Notes: generated by a model from the sequence alone, not told the origin. A DNA stretch of 58,900 nt from an uncultured Erysipelotrichaceae bacterium (GCA_902780585.1 CACZGA010000003.1:1-58900), one strand, 5' to 3'. Shown: positions 10,879 through 21,140, counted from the first letter of the stretch. Numbers and translations are program-made.

Positions 10879-11358
10879 TTATCCAGAAACATATTCTGCT
10901 GGTTTGTCATATTTTCCAGGTGCATTTGTTGGTGTGATATAGTTTGTTATCTCTAAAACAGTATTAACCTCTGTTTCAGGTAATCCCATATCACTAGGGT
11001 TTCCTGTGAAATAAAATGCTTTTGTTAATCCTGGAACGACAATAGCGAACCATGTAGCTTTGTTTGCTAATTTTCCTGCCTCGTATGCGTCCATTAAAGT
11101 TTCCCATGTTGTTATTAGTTCCTCTGTTAAGTTAAATGTAAACTCTAAAGCACCACCTAAATCTTTTAAACCATCGATATAAGTCTTGTATTCTGTTTCA
11201 TCAAGAGTTGTTGTCTCCAATGTATCTGGTGCAGGATTCAAACTTGGTGTTGATTTTATACCAGTTATTCTAACGTAACCACTAGTTGGTCTAGTTCCAG
11301 CAGTAGATTCTACTGCATACCATAATTGTACTCCAGCAGTTGATAAATTAATTGCCAT
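10879..11358 (-). CDS. Major tail tube protein
   Basis: 159 aa; PDTLETTTLD...KTYIDGLKDLGGALEFTFN. Confidence 0.85.
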   Translation of the reverse strand: MAINLSTAGVQLWYAVESTAGTRPTSGYVRITGIKSTPSLNPAPDTLETTTLDETEYKTYIDGLKDLGGALEFTFNLTEELITTWETLMDAYEAGKLANKATWFAIVVPGLTKAFYFTGNPSDMGLPETEVNTVLEITNYITPTNAPGKYDKPAEYVSG

Positions 11359-11362
11359 ATTT

Positions 11363-11812
11363 TTACCTCCTATAAATCGTATTTGTATTTATATCTAAAT
11401 TTCCTTCATATCTTAAATATCCCACAATGACGTTATCGTCGTTTTGCATAGGATACTTGGCAAAATTGCCTATTCTTCTCAAACAATAATATCTCTCGCC
11501 ACTCATATAATCATCTATCATATTACCCATTATATCAACATTTTCCCATGCGGTATGTTCTTCCGACTGCTCACAATCAATTCTTATTTGATAACCTAAA
11601 TAACTAACTTGTTCTCCGCTATCGTTAAAATATCTCTCAACATTTTCATTATTTAGTTCATCAATTGTGACTATTGGATATGTTATTTCGGGATACTTTT
11701 CATACTTATCTTTAACAATAGTACCTTGGTATTCAGGATGTGTGGTGTCATTGTTAAAAAGTTCTTGTAAATCATTTTTTAATTGAGTTCGCAAACTTCT
11801 CACATAACTCAC
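11363..11812 (-). CDS. Tail terminator / completion protein
   Basis: 149 aa; position in the neck module; YPIVTIDE motif. Confidence 0.6.
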   Translation of the reverse strand: MSYVRSLRTQLKNDLQELFNNDTTHPEYQGTIVKDKYEKYPEITYPIVTIDELNNENVERYFNDSGEQVSYLGYQIRIDCEQSEEHTAWENVDIMGNMIDDYMSGERYYCLRRIGNFAKYPMQNDDNVIVGYLRYEGNLDINTNTIYRR

Positions 11813-12368
11813 GTCCTTTCTTTTTCCCTATATCGGGTATTATAGACTTGATTAATTCGTTTCGTGTGTTCCACATTTCTTGTCCAGCGGGAACACCTTG
11901 TGTATAATAAAGAGTGCCGTTTTTAGAATATATCCAAAATTTACCAGATGTTATACCCATAGCTTGTAAATCTTCATACCCATAAGAACCTTCTTCATAT
12001 TCAGAGACATCTCTGATATAAGGGCCACTGTTGTAATCGTTAAGATTATAGTTTGATTTTACAGGATGAGGGTTTTGCTCTCCTAAATCACCTGTACCAA
12101 ACTCTTCGTAAACAACGTCTTTGCCTTTTGCCTCTAAAGCGTAGCCATCAGACGTTTTTCGCCAACTTGTGGAAATATCCGTGATATTGGGGTCTTTAAA
12201 TCTAGATATGTATTGGGCATCTAAATACGCGTCACCTTTGGACACTATTTCTTTTAAAACACTATCTGATATTTTATCGACATTTGCCAACATATCTTGT
12301 AACGCTTTTATAACATCTTTGACATTTGTTTCGTCAACATCTATTCTAATCGCCATCTCTAACACCAC
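11772..12368 (-). CDS. Neck protein (HK97 gp10-like)
   Basis: VYEEFGTG and YTQGVPAG motifs. Confidence 0.65.
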   Translation of the reverse strand: MVLEMAIRIDVDETNVKDVIKALQDMLANVDKISDSVLKEIVSKGDAYLDAQYISRFKDPNITDISTSWRKTSDGYALEAKGKDVVYEEFGTGDLGEQNPHPVKSNYNLNDYNSGPYIRDVSEYEEGSYGYEDLQAMGITSGKFWIYSKNGTLYYTQGVPAGQEMWNTRNELIKSIIPDIGKKKGRELCEKFANSIKK

Positions 12369-12717
12369 TTCTGCGCTTTACCATAACTTCCATGCTATCA
12401 ATATGGATCATTGGTTTCTTGTAAATTTCATAATCGGCGTTTTTGCACAATTTATCGTGTGTACTTGGTGGCTCTGTATAAATATAAAACCTGTCCCCTT
12501 CATGAAATAAGTCTCTCTCACTAATTTCTGGTTTCATTCTCAAATACATTGGATAATCCATACCAATCGAGATTAAATCACCTTCGCTATTAGTAGGTAA
12601 ATAATTTTCATGAATAAGTACAGGTTCGTGGAAAAAATCCTTTCCGTTTTCAATATATTTTTGACATAGATATAATTTTCTTTTATTTCTTCGTAGGTTT
12701 CTTAATTGATGACCCAT
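12346..12717 (-). CDS. Head closure / stopper protein
   Basis: 123 aa; synteny; ADYEI motif. Confidence 0.55.
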   Translation of the reverse strand: MGHQLRNLRRNKRKLYLCQKYIENGKDFFHEPVLIHENYLPTNSEGDLISIGMDYPMYLRMKPEISERDLFHEGDRFYIYTEPPSTHDKLCKNADYEIYKKPMIHIDSMEVMVKRRSGVRDGD

Positions 12718-12725
12718 AAGCTCAC

Positions 12726-13064
12726 CTACCTTATAAGTGGTATAATCTTAGCCAACTCATCTTTAGGATAGTCTCCTCCGGATGTGTAATGTCTTGTTAT
12801 ACCATTCTCACTATGTACTGTTTGCCCTTCTACTCCAATCTTAGCAAAAGAGCTGATTGCAAGAGGTATGATTAAATCTTCATATTTCTTATCGTATGGT
12901 TTGTCGTCTGTAGGTTTAAATCTTCTACAACGATTTATTTCATTAATAGCTCTTTTTATTTCGTATTTCAATATAGGAGAATCACTATCTTTTATGTCAA
13001 AATCACGTGCTATTAGCAAAGACCTTAACTCTGATACGAAAACACTTAAAGATTTATCATCCAT
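12726..13064 (-). CDS. Head-tail adaptor protein
   Basis: KIGVEGQTVHSENGITRHY motif typical of gp15-like adaptors. Confidence 0.75.
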   Translation of the reverse strand: MDDKSLSVFVSELRSLLIARDFDIKDSDSPILKYEIKRAINEINRCRRFKPTDDKPYDKKYEDLIIPLAISSFAKIGVEGQTVHSENGITRHYTSGGDYPKDELAKIIPLIR

Positions 13065-13074
13065 GTTATCCCTC

Positions 13075-13308
13075 CTACATATTGTATTTTTTGTTAGTTT
13101 CAGTAGATTCTTTTTTGAATCCCTCTTTTTTTAATTTCTTGATAACATCATCGATAAGAATATGTCTGACTTTTAAATTTTTAGTGTACTCTATAACATC
13201 TTTTCTATCAGGTGTTATTGACAACTCGTTATCAGTCAATTTAACATTAACCGCAACATATTCTCTGTTTCGAAGCATGTAATATTTCCCATTAATAATG
13301 TATAGCAT
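13075..13308 (-). CDS. Hypothetical protein
   Basis: 77-aa ORF with RBS in the head operon. Confidence 0.55.
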   Translation of the reverse strand: MLYIINGKYYMLRNREYVAVNVKLTDNELSITPDRKDVIEYTKNLKVRHILIDDVIKKLKKEGFKKESTETNKKYNM

Positions 13309-13315
13309 AATACAC

Positions 13316-13513
13316 CTACTTTCTAGAATAGTTTGGTTTACTCATCTTATCTTCTTTTATAACGTCATCCTTAATAACTTCTTTTGGTTTGACTTCAATC
13401 TCTTTTTTTATTGGTTTATCCTCAATAATTGTGTAACCAAGATGCTCATAAAAATCTTTATAAGCACCTTGTGTTACTATTTTTACATTGTTATCCTTAT
13501 GTATTTTTAACAT
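13316..13513 (-). CDS. Hypothetical protein after the capsid gene
   Basis: 65 aa, translationally coupled to the MCP stop codon. Confidence 0.55.
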   Translation of the reverse strand: MLKIHKDNNVKIVTQGAYKDFYEHLGYTIIEDKPIKKEIEVKPKEVIKDDVIKEDKMSKPNYSRK

Positions 13514-14556
13514 TATCCGCTAGTCACTTCTGTATCAACGATAACAACCTTATCTGCCTCTTCGAATGATGGTAAAGCAACCATTGATACCTTTGTTTCT
13601 ACGTTTACTGGATCAACCATTTGTGAAGTCGTTACTGCTACACCTTCGTTAACTATTGAAACTCTTGCGTTCAAATCGTTAAGTAAGTCACTTTCTTCTG
13701 GTGTAGTACCTAAATTAGTATACCCTAAAGTACCATCTGGCATAAATACAACTGTATTATCTGGTACATATTTGTGAGATACCTCACTTTCGTCTACCCA
13801 AACATTGTCATATGCGTAGAAACGAACTCCTGTTTGTGCTTCAATATAATTTCTAACGATATCGTTTGTTAAATTTACAGTTCCGCCAGCAAATACATAA
13901 ATTGCATTTTTCATAGCAGTGTTGCTATTCATTGCTTTTAATACTGTTGAATTACATACAGCACGAGTTATTTTAACACCTTTAGCTTTCATAGCGTCAA
14001 CATAACTTTGAATATCACCAATAATGTCAGCACTTGGATCACTCCATGATGTAGAAACTGTTATTTTTTGTGAAGCAGGTACTTCATAATCATAAGTATA
14101 TGATTGTCCATTGCTTGATAAAGTAATAGTACCAGTAGTTAATGCTTCCATTCTCATTCTTTCAAGGGTTACATCAGTTGATTTGATTAAATTACTTAAT
14201 CTATCGAAAATCTTAGTCATAATTAAATCAACAAATTGTGGCTTGTTAGCATCAATAAAGTTGTTTAATTGCTGTCTTAATTTTTCATCAACGTAGATAG
14301 ACTCTTTGAAAAATGGCATTTCAGTTTCAAGTTTCTCGATACCTTTCATATCTCTACGAATTGCTTTTGCATCGTAACTAGATAATCTGATACCAACAGG
14401 TTGATTACTTGAACCTTTTATCCATGATAAGTCTGTTCCTAATTGTTTTTGTACAGGGAATAATGTTTCACCTAAAAGTGGTTGTTCATTCTCATTTAAT
14501 TCTGTCCAATATTCGCCCAAATTTTGAGCTGTTACTAATTCATAAATACTAGCCAT
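13513..14556 (-). CDS. Major capsid protein (HK97 fold, lambda gpE-like family)
   Basis: 347 aa; EMPFFKES, ERMRMEAL, GTTPEESDL, DPVNVETKVSMVALPSFE. Confidence 0.9.
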   Translation of the reverse strand: MASIYELVTAQNLGEYWTELNENEQPLLGETLFPVQKQLGTDLSWIKGSSNQPVGIRLSSYDAKAIRRDMKGIEKLETEMPFFKESIYVDEKLRQQLNNFIDANKPQFVDLIMTKIFDRLSNLIKSTDVTLERMRMEALTTGTITLSSNGQSYTYDYEVPASQKITVSTSWSDPSADIIGDIQSYVDAMKAKGVKITRAVCNSTVLKAMNSNTAMKNAIYVFAGGTVNLTNDIVRNYIEAQTGVRFYAYDNVWVDESEVSHKYVPDNTVVFMPDGTLGYTNLGTTPEESDLLNDLNARVSIVNEGVAVTTSQMVDPVNVETKVSMVALPSFEEADKVVIVDTEVTSG

Positions 14557-14915
14557 TAAATTGCACTCCCTTCTGTTAATATAATACCGTTAATAGCGGC
14601 AGTTGTAATAGCAGTTACCATATCACTATCTAATTTTAATTTGTCTACACAACCAACTACTACAATAGTTCCGTTTCCTTTTCCGTTTGCATCTAATGTT
14701 ACTTCATGTAATAAAATACCTGTAGCATTAGAAGTTCCAGCTGTAAATTCAGTAGATAATCTACTTGCTAAACTACCAACCAATGGTTGTCCAGCTTTTA
14801 ATGTTGCGTTTGCGCTACCACTTAATTTTACAGGTAATGCTATGTAATAACTATCTTGTCCAACAAGAATGAATTTTCTATTACCATAAGTGGTTTTCTT
14901 TAAACTCATATCCAT
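14556..14915 (-). CDS. Head decoration protein
   Basis: 119 aa; LKAGQPL...GILLHEV between the scaffold and MCP genes. Confidence 0.7.
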   Translation of the reverse strand: MDMSLKKTTYGNRKFILVGQDSYYIALPVKLSGSANATLKAGQPLVGSLASRLSTEFTAGTSNATGILLHEVTLDANGKGNGTIVVVGCVDKLKLDSDMVTAITTAAINGIILTEGSAI

Positions 14916-14932
14916 AAAGAATATTCTCCTTC

Positions 14933-15550
14933 CTACTCAAAATAATTAAATGTTTCTTTTTTACCTTTTTTCGTTTCTGCTAAACGTTTTCCAATACCAT
15001 CAATATCTTTACTACCTTTACCATCTGTACTTTGGCTCTTATGTTTTCCAAATTCACCCATAGCATCTTTAGTAGCATCTTGTTTACCCTTTTCATAACT
15101 ATCTTTGATTATCTTGGAAATATAATTAGCAATCGAATTTGTTTTATCACTATCTTCTGTTGTTATATTATCAACAAAAATTGTGAAGTCATTATCTGTT
15201 GCTTGAATACCCAATATGTCTCTAGAACTCTGCAAAACACTATTTACAATGTTCTTATTTCCACTTATTGTGTTTTCTTGCAATTGTTTTCTTAATTTTT
15301 CAATCTCTTGTGCTTGTTTCTTACTTTCATTCGCACTTTTTTCTTCATCTGTCAATTTAGCATTTAGTTCTTGTTCTTTTTCTGTTAGTTTTGCGTTTAG
15401 GGAATTTACTTGATTGTCATATTTGGCTTTATCAACATAATTTCCAGTAGATAAATCTGCAAATTTTTTTCCTTCAAAAAACTTACCAATATCTTCTGCA
15501 CTCATTCCTTCCTTGTACGCATCACCCATTAATGCTTGTAGTTCGTTCAT
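14933..15550 (-). CDS. Capsid scaffolding protein
   Basis: 205 aa coiled coil; YVDKAKYD motif; upstream of the capsid genes. Confidence 0.75.
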   Translation of the reverse strand: MNELQALMGDAYKEGMSAEDIGKFFEGKKFADLSTGNYVDKAKYDNQVNSLNAKLTEKEQELNAKLTDEEKSANESKKQAQEIEKLRKQLQENTISGNKNIVNSVLQSSRDILGIQATDNDFTIFVDNITTEDSDKTNSIANYISKIIKDSYEKGKQDATKDAMGEFGKHKSQSTDGKGSKDIDGIGKRLAETKKGKKETFNYFE

Positions 15551-15643
15551 CTCATTTCCTCCTTCTAGTGATTAAACGACTTCTCTGTCGATTAGAAACC
15601 TAAATTATTTAAACGACCGATAGGTAGGTCAAATTTATACAAA

Positions 15644-17140
15644 CTAATTTTCATTAGTATTGTCGTTATTTGTATCATTATTCTGATTGTTTTGTTGTTG
15701 TCTTTCTTGTGCTTTTTTCTCTCTTTCTTCTTTTGCTTTTTCACCACGTTCTACTACTTCACGTGTTTTATTTGTAAGACAAGCCATTTCTAAGCAATCT
15801 ATTGTTGCTAATTCACCAGTCTTAACCAACGTAGAGAAAGCTTGTGTTTTAGTTTGTAAGTTATCGGTTGTATGTCTACCAACTGATATGTCGATATCCA
15901 ATACTGACAAATCTTCTCTTACTAAACCTAATTTTTTCAAAATTGCTATACCAACTGATAGTTGCTGTTTCTTCGCTTTCTTATAAAACATTTCTTTAAG
16001 TCTAGCCACGATTTCAATATCAGTCCATCCGTCCCTATTTAGAACAGCCATTCCTGTATCTCCACCACTAGAATTAGCGCTTCTATCTGGTATACCCGTG
16101 ATAATGTTCCTAGCTTCTTCTAGATAGTCTCTTATGTTTTCAACACTAGTGCTTTCAAGTTTAGGTGCAATAAACTTAGCGTCTAATGTACCACCTTCAC
16201 TCACAGCTTTTGTAAGTGTCAACACTCTATTTTCTTTTATACGTTTTATATCTTCGTCTTCTTCATCACTAAATTCAGCACCAAGTATAACTAGCAAACT
16301 CTTGATAGTACCCTCGATATCATTCAGACTATCGCTTGTTACTAAGTTTTGTGCGTTCATAACAGATATAGCTTGTTCCCAATCACCTGTTAAAAATAAA
16401 GAATTTTCAACCATTGTTATTGGGTTTATACCAATCGGATTGACACTAGTTCTCAATGTGTCAGGATTCATATTAGTAAATTCAAACTTTAGTTTGTCTG
16501 TATAACATGTATAATCTCGTTTACCTGTAACTTTGTTTATAACAAAATTGCAACTTAATATCGTTGGATTACCAACATCTGTAGACTGCACTACAAAAGT
16601 GAAACGAGGATCAAGATATTCATGTACTATCGGTATATCAGGTGTCATATCTTTTGAAATATCTTTGCTTGGCAGTGTTATCATATATCCTAAACCACAA
16701 ACACTCGCGTATATACCACTACATGTATCAACCGCATGGCTATCTTCATAATTATAAATGTCCGCTAAGTTTGACACATCTTCTTGATATTCCATATCTT
16801 TTGGTATAAATTCTGTAGGACTACCATAAGTATATCCTACAATTTCTCTTGTTATTGGATAAGCAAAATTAACAACCGTCTTGTTGTTAATATTACTTGT
16901 ACCGCTAGGTATCCTACTAAGTATGTCTTGATTACCTAAAAAATAATCTATTAAATATTCACAATCATTTTTATTTGCATTATGTATTCCTAGAGCCTTC
17001 TGCATAACTTCAAACAAGTTTTCTTCCGTAACTTCTGGGTAATCTAATATAATTCTTTGTCTTCCGTAATGCAAATCCTCTAGTGAAAAACCATCGATTT
17101 TCAGATTACCACCTGCTCTCCGAAATGATAAATTACCCAC
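15644..17140 (-). CDS. Portal protein (SPP1 gp6-like)
   Basis: About 500 aa; NNKTVVNFAYPITREIVGYTYGSP, GDTGMAV; start codon uncertain. Confidence 0.85.
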   Translation of the reverse strand: MGNLSFRRAGGNLKIDGFSLEDLHYGRQRIILDYPEVTEENLFEVMQKALGIHNANKNDCEYLIDYFLGNQDILSRIPSGTSNINNKTVVNFAYPITREIVGYTYGSPTEFIPKDMEYQEDVSNLADIYNYEDSHAVDTCSGIYASVCGLGYMITLPSKDISKDMTPDIPIVHEYLDPRFTFVVQSTDVGNPTILSCNFVINKVTGKRDYTCYTDKLKFEFTNMNPDTLRTSVNPIGINPITMVENSLFLTGDWEQAISVMNAQNLVTSDSLNDIEGTIKSLLVILGAEFSDEEDEDIKRIKENRVLTLTKAVSEGGTLDAKFIAPKLESTSVENIRDYLEEARNIITGIPDRSANSSGGDTGMAVLNRDGWTDIEIVARLKEMFYKKAKKQQLSVGIAILKKLGLVREDLSVLDIDISVGRHTTDNLQTKTQAFSTLVKTGELATIDCLEMACLTNKTREVVERGEKAKEEREKKAQERQQQNNQNNDTNNDNTNEN

Positions 17141-17152
17141 TTATACAAATAT

Positions 17153-17181
17153 ATTATATCATATATGTAAAAAACTGTCAA
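17153..17181 (-). promoter_or_regulatory. Sigma-A promoter for the portal/head operon
   Basis: TTGACA-17-TATAAT with TG extension. Confidence 0.75.
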
Positions 17182-17199
17182 AAAAGTACGTGTTGACAC

Positions 17200-17229
17200 A
17201 AAAAAAAAGAGGTGGAACAGCACCTCTTG
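17200..17229 (-). terminator. Intrinsic terminator closing the 17230-17645 transcript
   Basis: AGAGGTG-ctgttc-CACCTCT followed by a long T run on the minus strand. Confidence 0.75.
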
Positions 17230-17258
17230 TGGAACTTGCCCACGTTTAAAAACAAGTT

Positions 17259-17457
17259 TAGTACTCTTTACAAGTACTGTACTAATGATAACAGCGATGA
17301 ACTAGCATCCCATTTTTTATATCTGCTTTTTGTTATTATCAGGGGTTTACTTAATGTCCTGTGACAATTCTAATACGAGTAAAGGCTTTATAATAACTGC
17401 TAGTTAATTCTATATAGACTACATTACCATCAGTACACTACCCATAAAGGTAGTGCC
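17259..17457 (-). ncRNA. Structured RNA candidate A (hairpin / long-range stem with large loop / hairpin; skipping-rope-like topology)
   Basis: CACUACC/GGUAGUG hairpin, UGUACUGAUG/CAUUAGUACA long-range stem, AGUACU/AGUACU hairpin; no ORF; lies between a promoter and a terminator. Confidence 0.55.
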
Positions 17458-17651
17458 TTAATCACATAATACTCTCAACACCGACCAATACTTGATGTTG
17501 ATTTCTATGTTTTCAGTAGACGACTTCGGTATTGGACTAGGGTATAGTCGTTCTCCCCACTTAAACTCGATTAAGCACTTATATATTCTTACGAACATAC
17601 AAATACCTCATTCTACAAACTAGATTTATAAGTTTTCCTAAATGTAATACT

Positions 17652-17680
17652 ATTATATCATGTGTTTTTCTTATCGTCAA
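17652..17680 (-). promoter_or_regulatory. Sigma-A promoter driving a non-coding transcript
   Basis: TTGACG-17-TATAAT with TG extension, immediately after the terL stop. Confidence 0.7.
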
Positions 17681-17683
17681 TGT

Positions 17684-19459
17684 CTATATTCCTAGTTGAC
17701 TAGCAGAAACATTTATTCTCGCTCTACCACTGCTTTGCTTACCAAGTACGTTTGTAACCAAACCAGCCAAACTATCAGGGAAGTCATCATGTTGTTTATT
17801 TTGCATATTTGGATTCTGATTCCACGAATACAAGTTCTGCATGGCGTCTAAATAATCTTTATCACCTTTGATTAGTTCTGGATTCTTAAAATACAATCTA
17901 TATGTATTGTTCTCCGTCGCAATACCTTTAATCTCATTCTGACAAGCTAGTATTCTATCTAGCTTTCTCTTATTTGTTGGTGCTGGATGATCGCTTAAAT
18001 TACAATGATAATTTTTCGCCCTCAAATCATTACCCATAAGTGTCATGAAAAAGTCTCCACCATTATTCTTTTCAACACCACACCTTGTGACTTTATTATC
18101 GATGATGATATCTCTAACATATGGTCTTATATAATCATCGCCACCAAATTTATTCTTAAACAATACTTTTTCTATATAAACCTCATTGCCGTATACATAT
18201 CCTATCGGCAAACTAAAGAAGTCATCACCACCATGAGACACATCCGCATAACCAACAATCCTATCAGGTTCTTCCCCCGGCAACTCATTATAAAAACTTA
18301 TATTATCTTTATTGAAAACCAACCCATCTCTTTCGATAGGTTGCATTAAATATTTTGCACTAAATATTACAGGATCTTCCGCAATCTCCATATCACGATA
18401 ATATTTTGTATTAAAACCTTTACCATAATCATACATGAAATTGCTCTCACCATTCTCATCATAGCAAGGAATTGAAACTATTCTAACCCTTGACATGTCA
18501 TCTTGCTTCGCGTTTTCAACAACACGACTTGTAACATCATGCAAACTCCATGGTGTATTTATATGTATTTCAGGACAAGGACGATATATACCATCCTTGC
18601 AAAGTCTTTGTATTTTTCTATCTTTTATCGTACCTGTATAATTATAATATAACTTTTCAAGTCTATCTGGGTTATTCGCCTGTTCAACATCTTTCACTAA
18701 GTCATCACAATACAAAAGTCTCTCTGCCTGCACTTTACCTGTACCACCAGCCTCTATCGATACATAATTATAGGTATGAAACCTCTTCTGCTTGTTCAAA
18801 TCTAGATACAAATATTCCGCACTCTTATTTACAATATGATTGTTCGGAAATATCTCATGATACCGATATTCTTCCCCGTCGATAATATTCATAATTTCGC
18901 CATAAAACGACTGAATAAGCCCGACACTATGCCCAGCACCTAAAATACTCTCATCAGGACACATACCACCTAATAATACTTGCAAAAACAACCCTATCGT
19001 TGTCTTTCCACAACGAGGCGGACAATTAAGCACTAACAGGTCTAATTTATCATCTATCAAGTCTTGTATGCCTTGTATGACACCATGCTTTTTTAAAAGC
19101 CTTGCACGTGGTAAATAAAATTGCTTATGTATCGGTCTATTCCACTCCAACGCAATACAAAAAGCCTCAAAATCTCCATTTCTAGCTTTCGTATCATAAC
19201 TCGTAACCCACATTTTATTTATCTTATCACGTATCTCTTGATTGTCCTTATATTCAACTTTATTATGTTGTAACAAGTCAATGACAATATCCGCATATTC
19301 ACAAGCTTTTTCTAACTCACCAATTGCTTCATAATCGCATTTAAGAGAATAACAACCCGTTAAGTAGGCAAAGGTGGTCTTATCTTGAACTTTTTCTAGT
19401 AACTCTTCGGTTGACTTTATCCTAACACGGATTTCTTCTTCAATATTCAAGAATGTCAC
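17684..19459 (-). CDS. terL: Terminase large subunit
   Basis: Walker A PPRCGKT, Walker B LLYCDD, nuclease motifs YADVS, GVEKN and HDDFPDS. Confidence 0.92.
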   Translation of the reverse strand: MTFLNIEEEIRVRIKSTEELLEKVQDKTTFAYLTGCYSLKCDYEAIGELEKACEYADIVIDLLQHNKVEYKDNQEIRDKINKMWVTSYDTKARNGDFEAFCIALEWNRPIHKQFYLPRARLLKKHGVIQGIQDLIDDKLDLLVLNCPPRCGKTTIGLFLQVLLGGMCPDESILGAGHSVGLIQSFYGEIMNIIDGEEYRYHEIFPNNHIVNKSAEYLYLDLNKQKRFHTYNYVSIEAGGTGKVQAERLLYCDDLVKDVEQANNPDRLEKLYYNYTGTIKDRKIQRLCKDGIYRPCPEIHINTPWSLHDVTSRVVENAKQDDMSRVRIVSIPCYDENGESNFMYDYGKGFNTKYYRDMEIAEDPVIFSAKYLMQPIERDGLVFNKDNISFYNELPGEEPDRIVGYADVSHGGDDFFSLPIGYVYGNEVYIEKVLFKNKFGGDDYIRPYVRDIIIDNKVTRCGVEKNNGGDFFMTLMGNDLRAKNYHCNLSDHPAPTNKRKLDRILACQNEIKGIATENNTYRLYFKNPELIKGDKDYLDAMQNLYSWNQNPNMQNKQHDDFPDSLAGLVTNVLGKQSSGRARINVSASQLGI

Positions 19460-19730
19460 CCTCTAAGCGATTTTTCTCAATTTCTTCTAATTCATAACTA
19501 AAATATTGTTCCAACTGCTTTTTAGTAGGACAATCATAACTTGTATCTGGCTCGTTTAAAAACTCCCATATTAAGTCAACCTTTTGCGTGGATAACTCTC
19601 TCTGTGCGTACAAATACATTCGGTAAATCTCCTTATCCCTATCCTTCAACTTACTGTATCTACTCTTTATTGTGTTTCGTCTTTTAAAAAAATCATTGTA
19701 TGTTGTGAAACCAACAGAACTATCAAACAT
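19440..19730 (-). CDS. Hypothetical protein
   Basis: 96-aa ORF overlapping the terL start. Confidence 0.55.
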   Translation of the reverse strand: MFDSSVGFTTYNDFFKRRNTIKSRYSKLKDRDKEIYRMYLYAQRELSTQKVDLIWEFLNEPDTSYDCPTKKQLEQYFSYELEEIEKNRLEGDILEY

Positions 19731-19884
19731 TTAAAAACCCACTTTCCATAATTTTACTCTTTAACCACATAATACCATATATTTTGACTTATAGCAATAA
19801 AAAAAAAGAATATATCTCCACTTATTCTTTTATTTCATAGAATCCAATTTGGACCTGGTAAGATATACTCTTTTAAAGAAAGAT

Positions 19885-20033
19885 CTAGGTACCCTTGCGG
19901 ACACCATTAGAGTAAACACGACCAACCTAAGAACTTGAACGTGTTATTGTCCTGATATGGTATTGACAATTCCAACAGAGGTTTTATCATTCCCAGACAT
20001 ATCTACTCTAATGCTATTCACAAGGAATAGCTA
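19885..20033 (-). ncRNA. Structured RNA candidate B (same topology as A)
   Basis: GCUAUUC/GAAUAGC hairpin, perfect 10-bp CAUUAGAGUA/UACUCUAAUG stem, GGUGUCC-GCAA-GGGUACC GNRA hairpin. Confidence 0.55.
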
Positions 20034-20102
20034 AAAGTAAAGAAAGTAGAGTGATACATAAACAAACATATCACCATCATCATACACTTTCTGTGTATGT
20101 AC

Positions 20103-21140
20103 TTACATTGTATCAATTAATCCTAAATCTGTCAATCTATTCTTACGTTTTTTATTACATTTTATTATATCGCCTTCATGACGCCATTTATTTTCAACGA
20201 TATCCCAAAATTTAATACTCGCTCTACATTCCGTCATTTCTAAAGGATCGTAATCACCTTTATTATTTAAAAATTTACCCCAATCACTTTTAGGTGCCAC
20301 ATACTTAAATTCTTTCAGCCCTGTATAAATATCCGCAACAGGGATATCACTCATATCAAAATTCAATATAAAACAATTTTCCCTATCTTTAAGTCCAATC
20401 TCTTCCCATATAGGCAAATTCCTCACAATACAAGGAACACCCATTAACAATGCCTCAACAACACTAAAACAAAAACTTTCACTACTCGACAACTGAACTA
20501 AATAATCTGAACCTTGTATAAACCCACTTATATCTAACCTAGGTTCCATATATATTATATTCGGATTTCTTATCACATTCCAATCGTTCGTAAACACAAG
20601 CCACAAATAAGGTATTCCAAAACTATCTAAAGTACTACCAAACTTTATCATTTCTTCACGCCCTTTTTCCGAACTAAGACGCGTGGCACTAATAAGCTTC
20701 AACACTTTCCTCGGAGTATCCAACGCTACTAAATTATACAACAACTCACATTTCTTCCCCGACAACTCTTCAAACTCTTGACATGCGACTTTACTAACAC
20801 CACACCACCTTGTTATTTTAGGGTGTATCTTAGGAACCCTATTCTGCGACTTATAATTCATATGTATAATCTGTATATGCTCATCTGCATCAACATAATC
20901 TATAATCTCAGGGTTATAATTCCAAAACGCACGTTTACACTTTATTCTCTCACCTTTCCACTTATGCACTTCAACTCTATCACTCAACCTATCAATCTGC
21001 GCTATATCACTTGTATCATCTTTATAATACACCACAAAATTATTATACGTCTTCGATAAATAATATAAAAACGTCTCAACACCGCCAATCGCATTTATAT
21101 GCGAAAAATAAAAAACATTTTCATAAACCTTATTTTGCAT
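20103..21140 (-). CDS. Glycosyltransferase (GT-B, GT4-like)
   Basis: IGGVETF, SATRLSSEKG, SESFCFSVVEALLMGVP. Confidence 0.85.
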   Translation of the reverse strand: MQNKVYENVFYFSHINAIGGVETFLYYLSKTYNNFVVYYKDDTSDIAQIDRLSDRVEVHKWKGERIKCKRAFWNYNPEIIDYVDADEHIQIIHMNYKSQNRVPKIHPKITRWCGVSKVACQEFEELSGKKCELLYNLVALDTPRKVLKLISATRLSSEKGREEMIKFGSTLDSFGIPYLWLVFTNDWNVIRNPNIIYMEPRLDISGFIQGSDYLVQLSSSESFCFSVVEALLMGVPCIVRNLPIWEEIGLKDRENCFILNFDMSDIPVADIYTGLKEFKYVAPKSDWGKFLNNKGDYDPLEMTECRASIKFWDIVENKWRHEGDIIKCNKKRKNRLTDLGLIDTM

